Source: an uncultured Lachnospiraceae bacterium (GTDB lineage Bacteria; Bacillota; Clostridia; Lachnospirales; Lachnospiraceae). Taken from it: 64,000 bases of DNA. Within the stretch, counting starts at the first letter, position 1. Every line of letters begins with the position of its first letter. A program made the position numbers and the translations under genes. The notes under the pieces were generated by a model that saw nothing but the letters and a program-made list of their open reading frames with translations, was not told the origin of the DNA and did not search any database. The DNA is taken from positions 1,072 to 65,071 of the forward strand of contig URRQ01000007.1 of assembly GCA_900550235.1 (NCBI GenBank), written 5' to 3'. Below are positions 20,006 through 30,619 of the stretch, in pieces.

Positions 20006-20243
20006 ATAGAAAAAAATAATAAGAAACATCAAGATATCTATAGCAATATACAAGATTATGAATAAAAACTTGCAAAAAATGCTTAAATATAAATGAAAAT
20101 GAAATGAATCTTGCAAAAAAATGAAAATTTGATATAATGGTTATATAGTGATAATTGTGGAGCAGGGAGAAGAAATCCTGCTCCACGTGCGTGTGAAAGT
20201 ATTTTTACATGCTCAAACAATAAAGGAAAAAGGAGAAAACACT

Positions 20244-21650
20244 ATGAATCAGACAAATGAAAAGAAAATTGTGTGGTATACGTTTGCGTTCATGGTATTC
20301 GGAGGGGTATGGTCATTTGGTAATTCGATCAACGGATTTTCCGAATACGGTGGATTAAAAGCAATTGTTGCATGGATCATTATCTTTGCAATCTATTTCG
20401 TACCATACGCATTAATGGTAGGAGAGCTTGGATCAGCATTTAAGAATTCAAGCGGTGGAGTCAGCTCATGGATCCATGAGACGATTGGTCCTAGAATGGC
20501 TTACTATGCCGGATGGACATATTGGGTAGTACATCTTCCATATATCTCTCAGAAACCAACGAATGCGGTTGTAGCGACAAGCTGGATTATTTTCCAGGAT
20601 GCAAGAGCGAGTCAGATGAATACATTTGTGCTACAGATGATCTGTCTTGCAATTTTCTTTGCGGCATTGTGGCTTGCTTCTAAGGGAATCACAATGTTAA
20701 AGAGAATTTCAGCTTTGGCAGGAACAACAATGTTCATTATGTCAATCCTCTATATTATTTTGATGTTGGCGGCACCGGCAATTACAGATGCTCCGCTTCT
20801 TGACATTGACTGGTCACTTAAGACATTTATGCCTACTTTTGACATGAAATTCTTCACAAGCCTTTCAATTCTTGTGTTTGCGGTAGGTGGTTGTGAGAAA
20901 TTCTCACCATATGTAAATCGAATGAAAGATCCTTCCAAAGATTTTTCAAAAGGTATGATCTCTCTTGCTGTTATGGTATGTGGTTGTGCTATTCTTGGTA
21001 CAATTTCTCTTGGAATGATGTTCGATTCTAACAACATTCCGGAAGACCTTATGACAAATGGTGCATACTATGCATTCCAGATGCTTGGTGATTACTATGG
21101 TTTAGGAAATATTTTCGTAATCTTATATGCGATCACACAGTTGCTTGGTCAGATTTCGGTAATGATCATTTCCATCGATGCACCTCTTTGCATGCTTCTT
21201 GGAAGTGCAGATGAAACATATATTCCAAAGGCAATGTTCAAACAGAACAAAAACGGAGCATATGTAAATGGTCATAAATTGATTGCAATTGTAAGTTCTA
21301 TTTTGATCATCATTCCGGCATTTGGTATTGGAAGTGTAGATGTTCTTGTAAAATGGCTTGTAAAATTGAACTCAGTATGTATGCCATTACGTTACCTTTG
21401 GGTATTTGCGGCATATATCGCATTGAAGAAAGCAGGAGAAAAATTCAATCCGGAATACAAGTTTGTAAAGAATAAAACAGTGGGAATTCTTTTTGGAGCA
21501 TGGTGCTTCATCTTCACAGCAATTGCTTGTGCAGGAGGTATTTATTCTGAAGATACATTCCAGTTTGTATTAAATCTTCTTACACCGTTTGTATTGTTAG
21601 GACTTGGACTTATCATGCCGGCAATTGCAAAAAGAACAAACAACAAGTAA
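20244..21650 (+). CDS. APC-family amino-acid permease (GadC/YjeM-like)
   Basis: About 12 TM helices and ELGSAF...GGVSSW. Start moved to ATG 20244 behind AAGGAG. Confidence 0.88.
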   Translation: MNQTNEKKIVWYTFAFMVFGGVWSFGNSINGFSEYGGLKAIVAWIIIFAIYFVPYALMVGELGSAFKNSSGGVSSWIHETIGPRMAYYAGWTYWVVHLPYISQKPTNAVVATSWIIFQDARASQMNTFVLQMICLAIFFAALWLASKGITMLKRISALAGTTMFIMSILYIILMLAAPAITDAPLLDIDWSLKTFMPTFDMKFFTSLSILVFAVGGCEKFSPYVNRMKDPSKDFSKGMISLAVMVCGCAILGTISLGMMFDSNNIPEDLMTNGAYYAFQMLGDYYGLGNIFVILYAITQLLGQISVMIISIDAPLCMLLGSADETYIPKAMFKQNKNGAYVNGHKLIAIVSSILIIIPAFGIGSVDVLVKWLVKLNSVCMPLRYLWVFAAYIALKKAGEKFNPEYKFVKNKTVGILFGAWCFIFTAIACAGGIYSEDTFQFVLNLLTPFVLLGLGLIMPAIAKRTNNK

Positions 21651-21666
21651 ATATAATGTTTCAATC

Positions 21667-21712
21667 AGACTGTCATATCAATGAGTGTTCATTGATATGA
21701 CAGTCTTTTTTT
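21667..21712 (+). terminator. Intrinsic terminator with 18-bp perfect stem
   Basis: AGACTGTCATATCAATGA-GTGT-TCATTGATATGACAGTCT followed by a T run. Confidence 0.85.
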
Positions 21713-21768
21713 GTTTAAAGAAACGTGGTAAGATAGGGAGTAGAAAATACAGTAAAAGGGAAAATACA

Positions 21769-23607
21769 ATGTTTGATATTGAAGAAGAATTAAAAAAACT
21801 TCCGGCGAAACCGGGAGTCTATCTCATGCATGATGAGAAGGATGATATTATTTACGTAGGAAAAGCAATCAGTTTGAAAAATCGTGTACGGCAATATTTT
21901 CAAGCGAGTCGTAATAAAGGCGCCAAGATTGATCAGATGGTGACACATATCGCAAGATTCGAATATATTGTAACGGATTCGGAATTAGAGGCGTTGGTGT
22001 TGGAGTGTAATCTAATCAAAGAGCATCGTCCAAAATATAATACGATGTTGATGGACGATAAGACTTATCCATTTATTAAGGTAACCGTAGACGAAGCATA
22101 TCCAAGAATTCTTTTTGCAAGGCAGATGAAAAAGGATAAGGCGAAGTATTTTGGACCGTATACAAGTGCGGGAGCGGTAAAAGATACGATTGATTTGATT
22201 CGAAAGCTATATCATATTAGAACGTGCAATCGTAATCTTCCGAAAGATGTAGGAAAAGAACGCCCTTGTTTGAATTATCATATCAAACAATGCTATGCGC
22301 CGTGTCAAGGGTATATTTCACAGGAAGAATATCGTAAAAACATTCAACAGGCAATCAGCTTTTTGAGTGGAAATTATGATACGATCTTAAAATCCTTGGA
22401 AGAAAAGATGCAAGAGGCTTCTGATAATCTGGAGTTTGAAAAAGCGATTGAGTATCGAGAATTGCTAAATAGTGTAAAACAGATTGCTCAAAAACAAAAA
22501 ATTACCAATAGCGACGGAGAAGATAAAGATATTTTGGCTGTTGCTACAGAAAATGAGGATGCAGTTGTACAGGTGTTTTTTATACGGGGAGGACGGTTGA
22601 TCGGAAGAGATCATTTTTACCTTCGCATCACCAAGGATGAAGAAGAAAGTGTGATCCTAGAAAGTTTTATCAAGCAATTCTATGCGGGGACACCGTATAT
22701 TCCGAGAGAGTTGATGCTTCAGGAGGAAATAGAAGGAATCGAAGTGTTGGAACAATGGCTTTCTAAAAAAAGGGGACACCGGGTTTACATTCGAATCCCG
22801 CAAAAGGGGCAGAAGGAAAAGCTTGTGGAATTAGCGAAGAAGAATGCGGAACTTGTACTTAGCAAAGATAAAGAGAGATTGAAAAGAGAAGAAGGAAGAA
22901 CGATTGGAGCGGTAAAAGAGATTGAAAAGCTGCTTGGTTTACAGAACATTTCCAGAATGGAAGCCTTTGATATTTCTAATACAAATGGATTTGCGTCGGT
23001 TGGCTCTATGATCGTATATGAACATGGAAAACCGAAACGGAATGATTATCGCAAATTTAAAATCAAAGGAGTGCAGGGGGCAGATGATTATGCAAGCATG
23101 GAGGAAGTTTTAACAAGGCGATTTGAACACGGGTTGAAAGAAAAAGAAGAGGGAAAAGAGCTTGGAAGCTTTACCGTTTTTCCGGATCTGATCATGATGG
23201 ATGGAGGAAAAGGTCAGGTGAATGTGGCATTACAGGTACTGGATAAGCTACATCTACAGATTCCTGTATGTGGAATGGTGAAGGATGACAATCACCGTAC
23301 AAGAGGTCTTTACTATCAAAATGTGGAGATTCCAATCGATCGTAACTCAGAAGGATTTCGCCTTATTACAAGAATTCAAGATGAAGCGCATCGATTCGCC
23401 ATTGAATTTCATAGGAAACTTAGAGGCCAGGGGCAGGTACATTCGATTCTGGATGATATTCCGGGAATTGGTCCTGCAAGACGTAAAGCGCTTATGAAAC
23501 ATTATATGAGTCTGGATGCGATTAAAAGTGCTACCGTCGAGGACTTGAAGGCTTTGCCGTCTATGAATGAAAAATCTGCAAAGGAAGTATACAACTTTTT
23601 TCATTAA
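21769..23607 (+). CDS. uvrC: Excinuclease ABC subunit C
   Basis: GIY-YIG (GVY...YVGKA), [18 protein letters not shown] and HhH motifs. Confidence 0.97.
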   Translation: MFDIEEELKKLPAKPGVYLMHDEKDDIIYVGKAISLKNRVRQYFQASRNKGAKIDQMVTHIARFEYIVTDSELEALVLECNLIKEHRPKYNTMLMDDKTYPFIKVTVDEAYPRILFARQMKKDKAKYFGPYTSAGAVKDTIDLIRKLYHIRTCNRNLPKDVGKERPCLNYHIKQCYAPCQGYISQEEYRKNIQQAISFLSGNYDTILKSLEEKMQEASDNLEFEKAIEYRELLNSVKQIAQKQKITNSDGEDKDILAVATENEDAVVQVFFIRGGRLIGRDHFYLRITKDEEESVILESFIKQFYAGTPYIPRELMLQEEIEGIEVLEQWLSKKRGHRVYIRIPQKGQKEKLVELAKKNAELVLSKDKERLKREEGRTIGAVKEIEKLLGLQNISRMEAFDISNTNGFASVGSMIVYEHGKPKRNDYRKFKIKGVQGADDYASMEEVLTRRFEHGLKEKEEGKELGSFTVFPDLIMMDGGKGQVNVALQVLDKLHLQIPVCGMVKDDNHRTRGLYYQNVEIPIDRNSEGFRLITRIQDEAHRFAIEFHRKLRGQGQVHSILDDIPGIGPARRKALMKHYMSLDAIKSATVEDLKALPSMNEKSAKEVYNFFH

Positions 23608-23652
23608 TGGTATAATAGGCATAGATATAGAGTAGATAGAAGGAGACGGATT

Positions 23653-24588
23653 ATGAGAGGTACAGATAGTGTAGCGTTAAAAGATTTGGTAGAAAAAATG
23701 CAGCTTAAGAATCTTACACCGGATATCGATATGGAAGATCGAAGAATTACGGTACCGGATGTGAATCGCCCGGCTTTACAGCTGACAGGCTTTTTTGACC
23801 ATTTTGATTCAGAGCGTGTGCAGGTGATCGGATATGTGGAATATACATATTTACAAACTTTATCAGAGAATAGAAAAAAAGAACTATACGAGAAACTGAT
23901 GTCTTATGGAATTCCATGCCTGATTTTTAGTACAGGTTTGATACCAGATGAACAATTGTTACAAACTGCAAATGAGAAAGGAATTCCTGTATTTTCCACT
24001 CCGAGAAAAACATCTTCTTTTATGGCGGAAATGATTCGTTGGTTGAATGTTGAATTGGCGCCACAGATTTCCATACATGGAGTTCTTATAGACGTGTATG
24101 GTGTAGGTGTTTTGATCATGGGAGAAAGTGGTATTGGAAAGAGCGAGGCTGCTCTTGAACTGATTAAAAGAGGGCACAGACTTGTGACGGACGATGTAGT
24201 GGAAATCAGTAAAGTAAGTGATGATACCTTGGTAGGAACAGCTCCGGATATTACACGGCACCTGATAGAACTTCGTGGTATCGGAATCATTGATGTGAAG
24301 ATGCTGTTTGGAGTGCAAAGTGTGAGACAAACACAGACGATCGATCTTGTCATTACGTTGGAAGACTGGAATAAAGACAAAGAATATGACCGTCTTGGAT
24401 TAGAAGAGGAATATACGGAATTTTTAGGGAATAAGGTTGTATGTCATTCTATTCCGATTCGTCCGGGAAGAAACCTTGCAATTATTGTTGAGTCAGCAGC
24501 AGCAAATTTCAGACAAAAGAAAATGGGATATAATGCTGCGCAGGAATTATATAGACGTGTACAAGAGAATTTGACAAATAAGAGATAG
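23653..24588 (+). CDS. hprK: HPr kinase/phosphorylase
   Basis: GESGIGKSE, HRLVTDD and IELRGIGII motifs. Confidence 0.97.
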   Translation: MRGTDSVALKDLVEKMQLKNLTPDIDMEDRRITVPDVNRPALQLTGFFDHFDSERVQVIGYVEYTYLQTLSENRKKELYEKLMSYGIPCLIFSTGLIPDEQLLQTANEKGIPVFSTPRKTSSFMAEMIRWLNVELAPQISIHGVLIDVYGVGVLIMGESGIGKSEAALELIKRGHRLVTDDVVEISKVSDDTLVGTAPDITRHLIELRGIGIIDVKMLFGVQSVRQTQTIDLVITLEDWNKDKEYDRLGLEEEYTEFLGNKVVCHSIPIRPGRNLAIIVESAAANFRQKKMGYNAAQELYRRVQENLTNKR

Positions 24589-24600
24589 GAGAAGAGAAAA

Positions 24601-25542
24601 ATGAGATATTGTTTTGGTGTGGATATCGGAGGAACAACAGTAAAACTTGGCTTGTTCAAATTTGATGGAGAAGTAGTAGAAAAGTGGGAGATTAAGACTC
24701 GAACAGAGAATCATGGAGTGAATATTTTACCGGATGTTGCAACTACAATAAAAGAGCATATGAGACAACGTGAACTTATAAAAGAAAATGTTCTTGGGGT
24801 TGGTGTTGGAATCCCTGCTCCGGTTATGGAGTCCGGAATTGTAAAGGCAACAGCAAATCTAGGTTGGGGATATAAAGAGGTAAAACATGAATTAGAAGAG
24901 TTACTTGAAATCGAAGTAAAAGTTGGAAATGATGCGAATGTAGCTGCCCTTGGTGAGATGTGGAAGGGTGGTGGACAAGGTCACAGAAATATGATTATGG
25001 TTACATTGGGAACCGGTGTAGGCGGAGGCGTAATTACCAATGGTCGTATCATGGTAGGTGGTCATGGCGCAGGAGGAGAAATCGGACATATCTGTGTAAA
25101 TTATGATGAAACAGAATTATGTGGTTGTGGAAAGACTGGATGTTTGGAACAGTATGCATCTGCAACAGGAATTGCTCGACTTGCAAGGAAAAGATTGAAG
25201 AAGAATGAAGATGCCTCTATTCTTCGTGATGCTGCAGAAGAGGAAATTAGTGCGAAAACAGTATTTGATGCAGTAAAAGCAGGAGATAAGGTTGCAATGG
25301 AAGTTGCGGAAGAATTTGGAAAATATTTGGGCTATGCACTTTCTAATCTAGCTGTTATTGTGGATCCTGAAGTTATCGTAATCGGAGGCGGAGTGTCAAG
25401 AGCAGGAGAAATCTTGTTGGAATATGTTACAAAATACTTTATGGAGCGTGTATTTTTTGCAAATAAAGAATGTAAATTCGCTCTTGCGACATTAGGAAAT
25501 GATGCTGGCATATTTGGTGCAGCAAAACTCGTTTTGAAATAG
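24601..25542 (+). CDS. glcK: ROK-family glucokinase
   Basis: DIGGT, NDANVAALGE and GEIGH...CGCGKTGCLE motifs. Confidence 0.9.
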   Translation: MRYCFGVDIGGTTVKLGLFKFDGEVVEKWEIKTRTENHGVNILPDVATTIKEHMRQRELIKENVLGVGVGIPAPVMESGIVKATANLGWGYKEVKHELEELLEIEVKVGNDANVAALGEMWKGGGQGHRNMIMVTLGTGVGGGVITNGRIMVGGHGAGGEIGHICVNYDETELCGCGKTGCLEQYASATGIARLARKRLKKNEDASILRDAAEEEISAKTVFDAVKAGDKVAMEVAEEFGKYLGYALSNLAVIVDPEVIVIGGGVSRAGEILLEYVTKYFMERVFFANKECKFALATLGNDAGIFGAAKLVLK

Positions 25543-25562
25543 TGAAAAATAGAACATAACGT

Positions 25563-25592
25563 AAAAGGCTGATGATTTCTCATCAGCCTTTT
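25563..25592. terminator. Bidirectional terminator
   Basis: AAAAGGCTGATGA / TCATCAGCCTTTT between convergent genes. Confidence 0.8.
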
Positions 25593-25608
25593 GTATGTGG
25601 ATATTTTT

Positions 25609-28320
25609 TTATTGAACGATATAAGTTGGATTTTGTCCATTGTTGTTTCCACCATTGCCACCGGTATTGCCACCGGTATTGCCACCACCAGTATTACCGT
25701 CGCCAGTATTGCCACCACCAGTATTGCCGTCGCCGTTATTGCCACCATCGGTATTACCGTTGCCGGTGTCTCCACCGCCGGTATTCCCACCAGCATTGCC
25801 GTTATTGTCGCCACCGGTATTTCCGCTATTGTCACCGCCGCTATTAGAGTTGCCGTTATCCGTGTTTCCGGTTGAAGAATCGGTGCCATCGGTAGTTGTA
25901 TCGTCGTTATCTTCCTCGTCATCCTCATCGTCGTCATCTTCCTTTTCAAAAGGATCGGTACCGCCAACAGAACCTTCATATCCGGCATGGCTTGTGCAAA
26001 GTTTATCTCCGCCATTGTCGGTTGCCATATATTCCATATGATATGGGCAAGTGCTGGATGCTACTTTTCCGGAGATAGAACAACACTTCATTTTTTTAAC
26101 AGTATCCGGCATTTCAAAATCCTTATATGGAAGATCCTCATGAATTCTTGACATAACTGCTTTCCAAAGGATTTGATTATAATTTCCGTAAGGGAGATCT
26201 TTGTTGTCATCATATCCTACCCATACTGTACAAGTGTAATATGGTGTGAATCCACAGAACCAAATATCCCATCGGTCTGTTGTTGTTCCGGTTTTTCCTG
26301 CAGCTGCCATGTTGCGAAGTCTTGCTTGATATCCGGTACCTTTTGTAATAACATCTTCCATTGCGCTTGTAAGAAGATAGGCAGTTGATTCTCGAAGAAC
26401 TGTTTTAGATTCTCCGGCGTTATCGATTAAAATATTGCCATCATGATCTTCGATTTTTGTATAATAAACAGGTCTGTTATATACACCGCCGTTTGCGATA
26501 GTAGCATATGCGCCGGCCATTTCAATGTTGAGAGCCCCATCGGTAAGACCTCCAAGAGCGGTGGAAAGATTTTGGTCATTTTTCTTATCGTTTCGTTTCT
26601 TTCCTTCTTCCACAGTTACAATAGAATCAATTCCCAGTTTTTGAATGTATTCCATGCAAAGTTCTGGAGTTACATTTTGCCAGGTCTTTAATGCGCTGAT
26701 ATTGACTGAATCTTCAATAGCAGTACGCATCGTTACATTTCCTTTGAAACCGCGGTAGGCATTTTTGAATGTTTTCTTTCCTACAGTCATCGGTTCATCC
26801 TTTGTAACTGTTCCGAGAGATTGCCCACCGGCATCAAGAGCGGCGGCATAAACACCTACAATCTTAAATGCAGATCCAGGTTGTTGTTTCGAACCAGTTG
26901 CACGGTTTAAACTACGACTTGATTTTTTTGTACCACGTCCTCCGGAAATGGCTTTGACATGTCCGTTTTTTTGATCCATAACAACAATAGAAGCTTGAGG
27001 CTGCGGAGTGAATTCTTTGCTTTCATCATAGCGAAGGTCTCCTTCTTTTGCCACAGAAGCCTTGAATTCATCAATACGCTTTTGAGCCGCTTTTTCTGTT
27101 TTGAAAAGGCGTCCTTGTTTGTCCCCATATTTTTTTTCGCCGAATTTTTTCAAATCCCAGGAACTGAAATTTTCTTGTGTTCCATCTGCTCTAGTGACAG
27201 TAAGCGCATAGCTGACACCTACTTCTACACGGGAAGGATAGTTATCGTTATCGTTGATTTCCTCATCCACGATTTTTTGAATTTCCGCATCCTGCGTTGC
27301 GTAAATTTTTAAACCACCACTATAGAGAGCGTTATGTGCTTGTGTCTCTGTATAGTTTAAAGGTTCTTTTTGTAAATCCTCGATTACCTGATCGGCAAGA
27401 GCATCAATAAAATACGTAGTAGGTTTGGAATCCTGCTCTTTGTTGACTGCCTGGATACGGGCATATACGTCATCAGCCATTGCCTGATCATATTCTTCTT
27501 TCTTGATAAATCCCTGATCCAACATATTGCCGAGAACCTTTGCACGGCGTTCTTTGTTCTGTTCAGGGTTTGTGATTGGGTTGTATTTTCCCGGGCTTTG
27601 TGTGATTCCGGCGATTGTTGCACACTCAGATAATGTAAGCTGTGAAACATCTTTGCCAAAATATCTCATAGAAGCGGCTTGCACTCCAAGAGTACTTTGT
27701 CCGAGATTGATGGTGTTCATGTAATTCTCAAGAATCTGTTCTTTTGTCATTTGTTTCTCGATTTCAAGAGCGAGATACTGTTCCTGGAACTTTCGTTCAA
27801 ATTTTTCCAAGAGTCCTTCTTCGTTTACGAAGTTAGGGAAAACAGTATTCTTGACGAGCTGCTGTGTAATTGTGCTTGCACCTTCCGTACGTTTGCCGAG
27901 TGAAGTGATCATTACCACGCCGGCACGGGCGATACCTTTGATATCAATACCGTTATGACTGTAGAAACGTTCATCTTCGATCGCTACAAATGCATCCCGC
28001 AGATATTGTGGTATTTCTTCGTTGGTTTTATAAATTCGGTTGGAACCGGATTGCACAAAGCGATCAAGCTCTTTACCGTTTTGGTCTACAACGAAAGTAG
28101 TATATTCTGTTGGTTTTACATTTTCCGGAGTAATGTTTGGTGCGTTGTCGATGATACTTTTGATAAGATAACCGACGCCTCCTACTGCAGCAATTGTGAT
28201 GAGTAATATACAGATTACAAATGATTTGAAAAGTCGGGAGCCGATTTTCTTCTTTTGCTTTGCTTTTTTAGAAGCGAGTTCCCGCTGCTTTTTCAAAGCA
28301 CTCTTTTTTCCATAATTCAT
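25609..28320 (-). CDS. Class A penicillin-binding protein (PBP1A-like)
   Basis: GT51 motifs EDERF and GASTITQQ, transpeptidase motifs SAFK, SVN and KTGT, low-complexity tail. Confidence 0.95.
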   Translation of the reverse strand: MNYGKKSALKKQRELASKKAKQKKKIGSRLFKSFVICILLITIAAVGGVGYLIKSIIDNAPNITPENVKPTEYTTFVVDQNGKELDRFVQSGSNRIYKTNEEIPQYLRDAFVAIEDERFYSHNGIDIKGIARAGVVMITSLGKRTEGASTITQQLVKNTVFPNFVNEEGLLEKFERKFQEQYLALEIEKQMTKEQILENYMNTINLGQSTLGVQAASMRYFGKDVSQLTLSECATIAGITQSPGKYNPITNPEQNKERRAKVLGNMLDQGFIKKEEYDQAMADDVYARIQAVNKEQDSKPTTYFIDALADQVIEDLQKEPLNYTETQAHNALYSGGLKIYATQDAEIQKIVDEEINDNDNYPSRVEVGVSYALTVTRADGTQENFSSWDLKKFGEKKYGDKQGRLFKTEKAAQKRIDEFKASVAKEGDLRYDESKEFTPQPQASIVVMDQKNGHVKAISGGRGTKKSSRSLNRATGSKQQPGSAFKIVGVYAAALDAGGQSLGTVTKDEPMTVGKKTFKNAYRGFKGNVTMRTAIEDSVNISALKTWQNVTPELCMEYIQKLGIDSIVTVEEGKKRNDKKNDQNLSTALGGLTDGALNIEMAGAYATIANGGVYNRPVYYTKIEDHDGNILIDNAGESKTVLRESTAYLLTSAMEDVITKGTGYQARLRNMAAAGKTGTTTDRWDIWFCGFTPYYTCTVWVGYDDNKDLPYGNYNQILWKAVMSRIHEDLPYKDFEMPDTVKKMKCCSISGKVASSTCPYHMEYMATDNGGDKLCTSHAGYEGSVGGTDPFEKEDDDDEDDEEDNDDTTTDGTDSSTGNTDNGNSNSGGDNSGNTGGDNNGNAGGNTGGGDTGNGNTDGGNNGDGNTGGGNTGDGNTGGGNTGGNTGGNGGNNNGQNPTYIVQ
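25640..25870 (-). repeat. Degenerate 12-15 bp coding repeats (GGNTG/GDGNT) in the PBP tail
   Basis: Repeated GTATTGCCACC(A/G) units on the + strand. Confidence 0.8.
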
Positions 28321-28535
28321 GACATTGCCTCCTTTATACCATGCTATTATAGCAAATAACTAATTTTAAATAAAGCGAAAAATGAAAAGTTCATAAATCG
28401 TAGGAAAAAATTAAGAAAATCTTGTGAACTTCTCAAAATTCTTTTATAGTATGTATATCAGATGTAAAAACAGGTATGTAATCAAGATATTTAAAAGAAT
28501 CTTGAGACCATATATAAAGAGGAAAAGGTGAAATT

Positions 28536-29192
28536 ATGTTAACAGAATATCGTACAGTATATATAGGAAACGATGCAGAGATAGTTGAGAAAAAATCTCG
28601 TTTTATTGCAACGGTACAACCGGTTCATTCCGAAGAGGAAGCGCTTGCGTTTATTGAAAAATTAAAGAAACAATATTGGAATGCAACTCATAATTGTTTT
28701 GCGTATGTTATTGGCGAACGCTTTCAAACACAAAGATGCAGCGATGACGGAGAACCGCAAGGGACTGCCGGAAAACCGATGCTGGATGTGCTTTTGGGAG
28801 AAGAAATCCATGATGTTGTTGTGGTGGTAACCCGATATTTTGGAGGAACTCTTTTGGGAACAGGTGGTTTGGTAAGAGCATATTCCAAAGCGGTTCAGGA
28901 AGGACTTGCTGCCAGTAAGATTATTACCAAAATGTATGGATGTAAACTGGGAATCGATACAGATTATACGGGGTTAGGGAAAATACAGTATATTCTTGGG
29001 CAAAGAGGAGTAACGATTCTGAATTCTGAATATACAGATAAGGTGAAGCTGGAAGTGTTACTTCCGATTGATGAGGTAGAGAAGGTGACGGCTGAAATTA
29101 TAGAAGGAACAAATGGACAAGCGGGCATTGAAAAAGAGGGAGATTACTGGTTTGCCAAAATCGATGGAGCGATGCATATATTTGAAGAGTAG
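28536..29192 (+). CDS. YigZ/IMPACT family protein
   Basis: KKSRF, ATHNCFAY, DDGEPQGTAG and RYFGGTLLGTGGL motifs. Confidence 0.93.
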   Translation: MLTEYRTVYIGNDAEIVEKKSRFIATVQPVHSEEEALAFIEKLKKQYWNATHNCFAYVIGERFQTQRCSDDGEPQGTAGKPMLDVLLGEEIHDVVVVVTRYFGGTLLGTGGLVRAYSKAVQEGLAASKIITKMYGCKLGIDTDYTGLGKIQYILGQRGVTILNSEYTDKVKLEVLLPIDEVEKVTAEIIEGTNGQAGIEKEGDYWFAKIDGAMHIFEE

Positions 29193-29208
29193 TTATAACA
29201 ATATGAGA

Positions 29209-29234
29209 AAGAGGACAGATTATTCTGTCCTCTT
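29209..29234. terminator. Hairpin/terminator between convergent genes
   Basis: AAGAGGACAGA / TCTGTCCTCTT. Confidence 0.7.
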
Positions 29235-29244
29235 ATTATGTACA

Positions 29245-29781
29245 TTATTGAAATTCCGGTTCGATCAATCCAAAAGAACCATCTTTACGTTTATAAACTA
29301 CGTTGACTTCTTCTGTCTCTGCGTTACTGAATACAAAGAAGTTATGTCCCAATAAATCCATTTGCATACAAGCATCTTCCGGGAACATTGGTTTGATTCC
29401 GAAACGTTTGGTACGTACGATGCGAATTTCATCACTGCCAGCAACTTCGTCTTCAGATTCTACGAATGTCTGATTGAAGTTACCGCCTGCCTGATGTTTG
29501 GCAACAAGTTTATTCTTGTACTTGCGAAGTTGTCTTTCGATGACTTCTTCCACCAAATCAATCGATACGTACATGTCAGTACTTTCTTGTTCAGAACGGA
29601 TAATGTCGCCTTTTACCGGGATTGTAACCTCGATTTTCTGACGCTCTTTTTCTACGCTTAAGGTTACAATGATTTCTGTGTCAGGAGTGAAATACCTTTC
29701 TAACTTTCCGAGCTTACGCTCAATATTGTCTTTAAGACCTGCTGTTATTTCGATGTTTTTTCCACTAATAATAAAATTCAT
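29245..29781 (-). CDS. hpf: Ribosome hibernation promoting factor (long form)
   Basis: DMYVSID...ERQLRKYK and C-terminal MDLLGHNFFVF...VVYKRKDG. Confidence 0.95.
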   Translation of the reverse strand: MNFIISGKNIEITAGLKDNIERKLGKLERYFTPDTEIIVTLSVEKERQKIEVTIPVKGDIIRSEQESTDMYVSIDLVEEVIERQLRKYKNKLVAKHQAGGNFNQTFVESEDEVAGSDEIRIVRTKRFGIKPMFPEDACMQMDLLGHNFFVFSNAETEEVNVVYKRKDGSFGLIEPEFQ

Positions 29782-29941
29782 GATGTCAACTCCTTTTCAA
29801 CATATTGTACAAAAAGAGAATTTGTACTATGCCTATATTATACATAAAAAACAGGACAAATGCAATGAAAAGAATGACAAAATTATAAAATAAAAATAAA
29901 ATGACTGACAATTATTTCTTAATTGTCAGTCACTCGTAATG

Positions 29942-30553
29942 TTATATGGTGGATTTGATCACTTCGACACGGGTAATCTCGCCCTTGTTCATTTTTGCTA
30001 CTCGAAGTCCAAAATTACCGAAGTAAGCACAAGCTCCAACTCCAATCTCTTCGTGATACTCATTTAACTGACGAATGATTACATCTTTTAGAGTATCGCC
30101 TTCTTGAAATGGAATCTGGATGTGAACCAATCGGTTTACAAGAAAAACTTTCTGATTCGCTCGGAAGATAATCTTTTCGGCTTCATCAAAATCTACGAAC
30201 AGGTATTTTCTTGTAGCGAATAATACAGCAATAGCGATTACGCCAATCAAGCTGTTGACCGGTGAACTGTGGTCGATGATGATCTGTCTTGCAATTGCAA
30301 AAAGAAGAACTTCAAATACAGTTCCCGGAGTATGGATGTAGACCATGCGGATCAGCTCGACACCAATGATCAAGTTGAAACATGTTTCCAGCAGATCTTC
30401 ATAATTTGGATAGACGTCCAAATTCGGGATGTCTACCAGACCGCCTGCAAGACGGACAGATAGTAGAATGATACCGATGGCAAGCATGAAGGCGATGACT
30501 ACTTCCATAATGGAGGCAAGTTTCTTTAAAATAGCAGTTGCGTACCTTAGCAT
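29942..30553 (-). CDS. Hypothetical membrane protein (PsiE-like TM region plus small cytoplasmic domain)
   Basis: Four hydrophobic helices and an EVLLFAIARQII motif. Start behind AAGGAG. Confidence 0.7.
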   Translation of the reverse strand: MLRYATAILKKLASIMEVVIAFMLAIGIILLSVRLAGGLVDIPNLDVYPNYEDLLETCFNLIIGVELIRMVYIHTPGTVFEVLLFAIARQIIIDHSSPVNSLIGVIAIAVLFATRKYLFVDFDEAEKIIFRANQKVFLVNRLVHIQIPFQEGDTLKDVIIRQLNEYHEEIGVGACAYFGNFGLRVAKMNKGEITRVEVIKSTI

Positions 30554-30619
30554 AATTTCTCCTTTTGTTCTTTTTCTATTATTGTACATAATAGATAGAG
30601 TTGTGTAAAGAAATATCTG

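Noticed and set aside
21667..21706. 18-bp perfect inverted repeat as a MITE or REP element
   Set aside because: It is single-copy in the window, directly follows a stop codon and has a T run, so an ordinary terminator explains it.
20148..21768. Long N-terminal extensions in the ORF track (permease, uvrC, and likewise hisA, tig, kdpD, rplQ)
   Set aside because: The upstream starts cross promoters or terminators and lack an RBS, while the downstream ATGs have SD-like sequences.
25332..26041. His/Cys/Arg-rich, Ile/Ala/Thr-rich and Pro-rich ORFs in the track
   Set aside because: They are alternative-frame and antisense shadows of the PBP Gly-Asn repeat tail and have no RBS.
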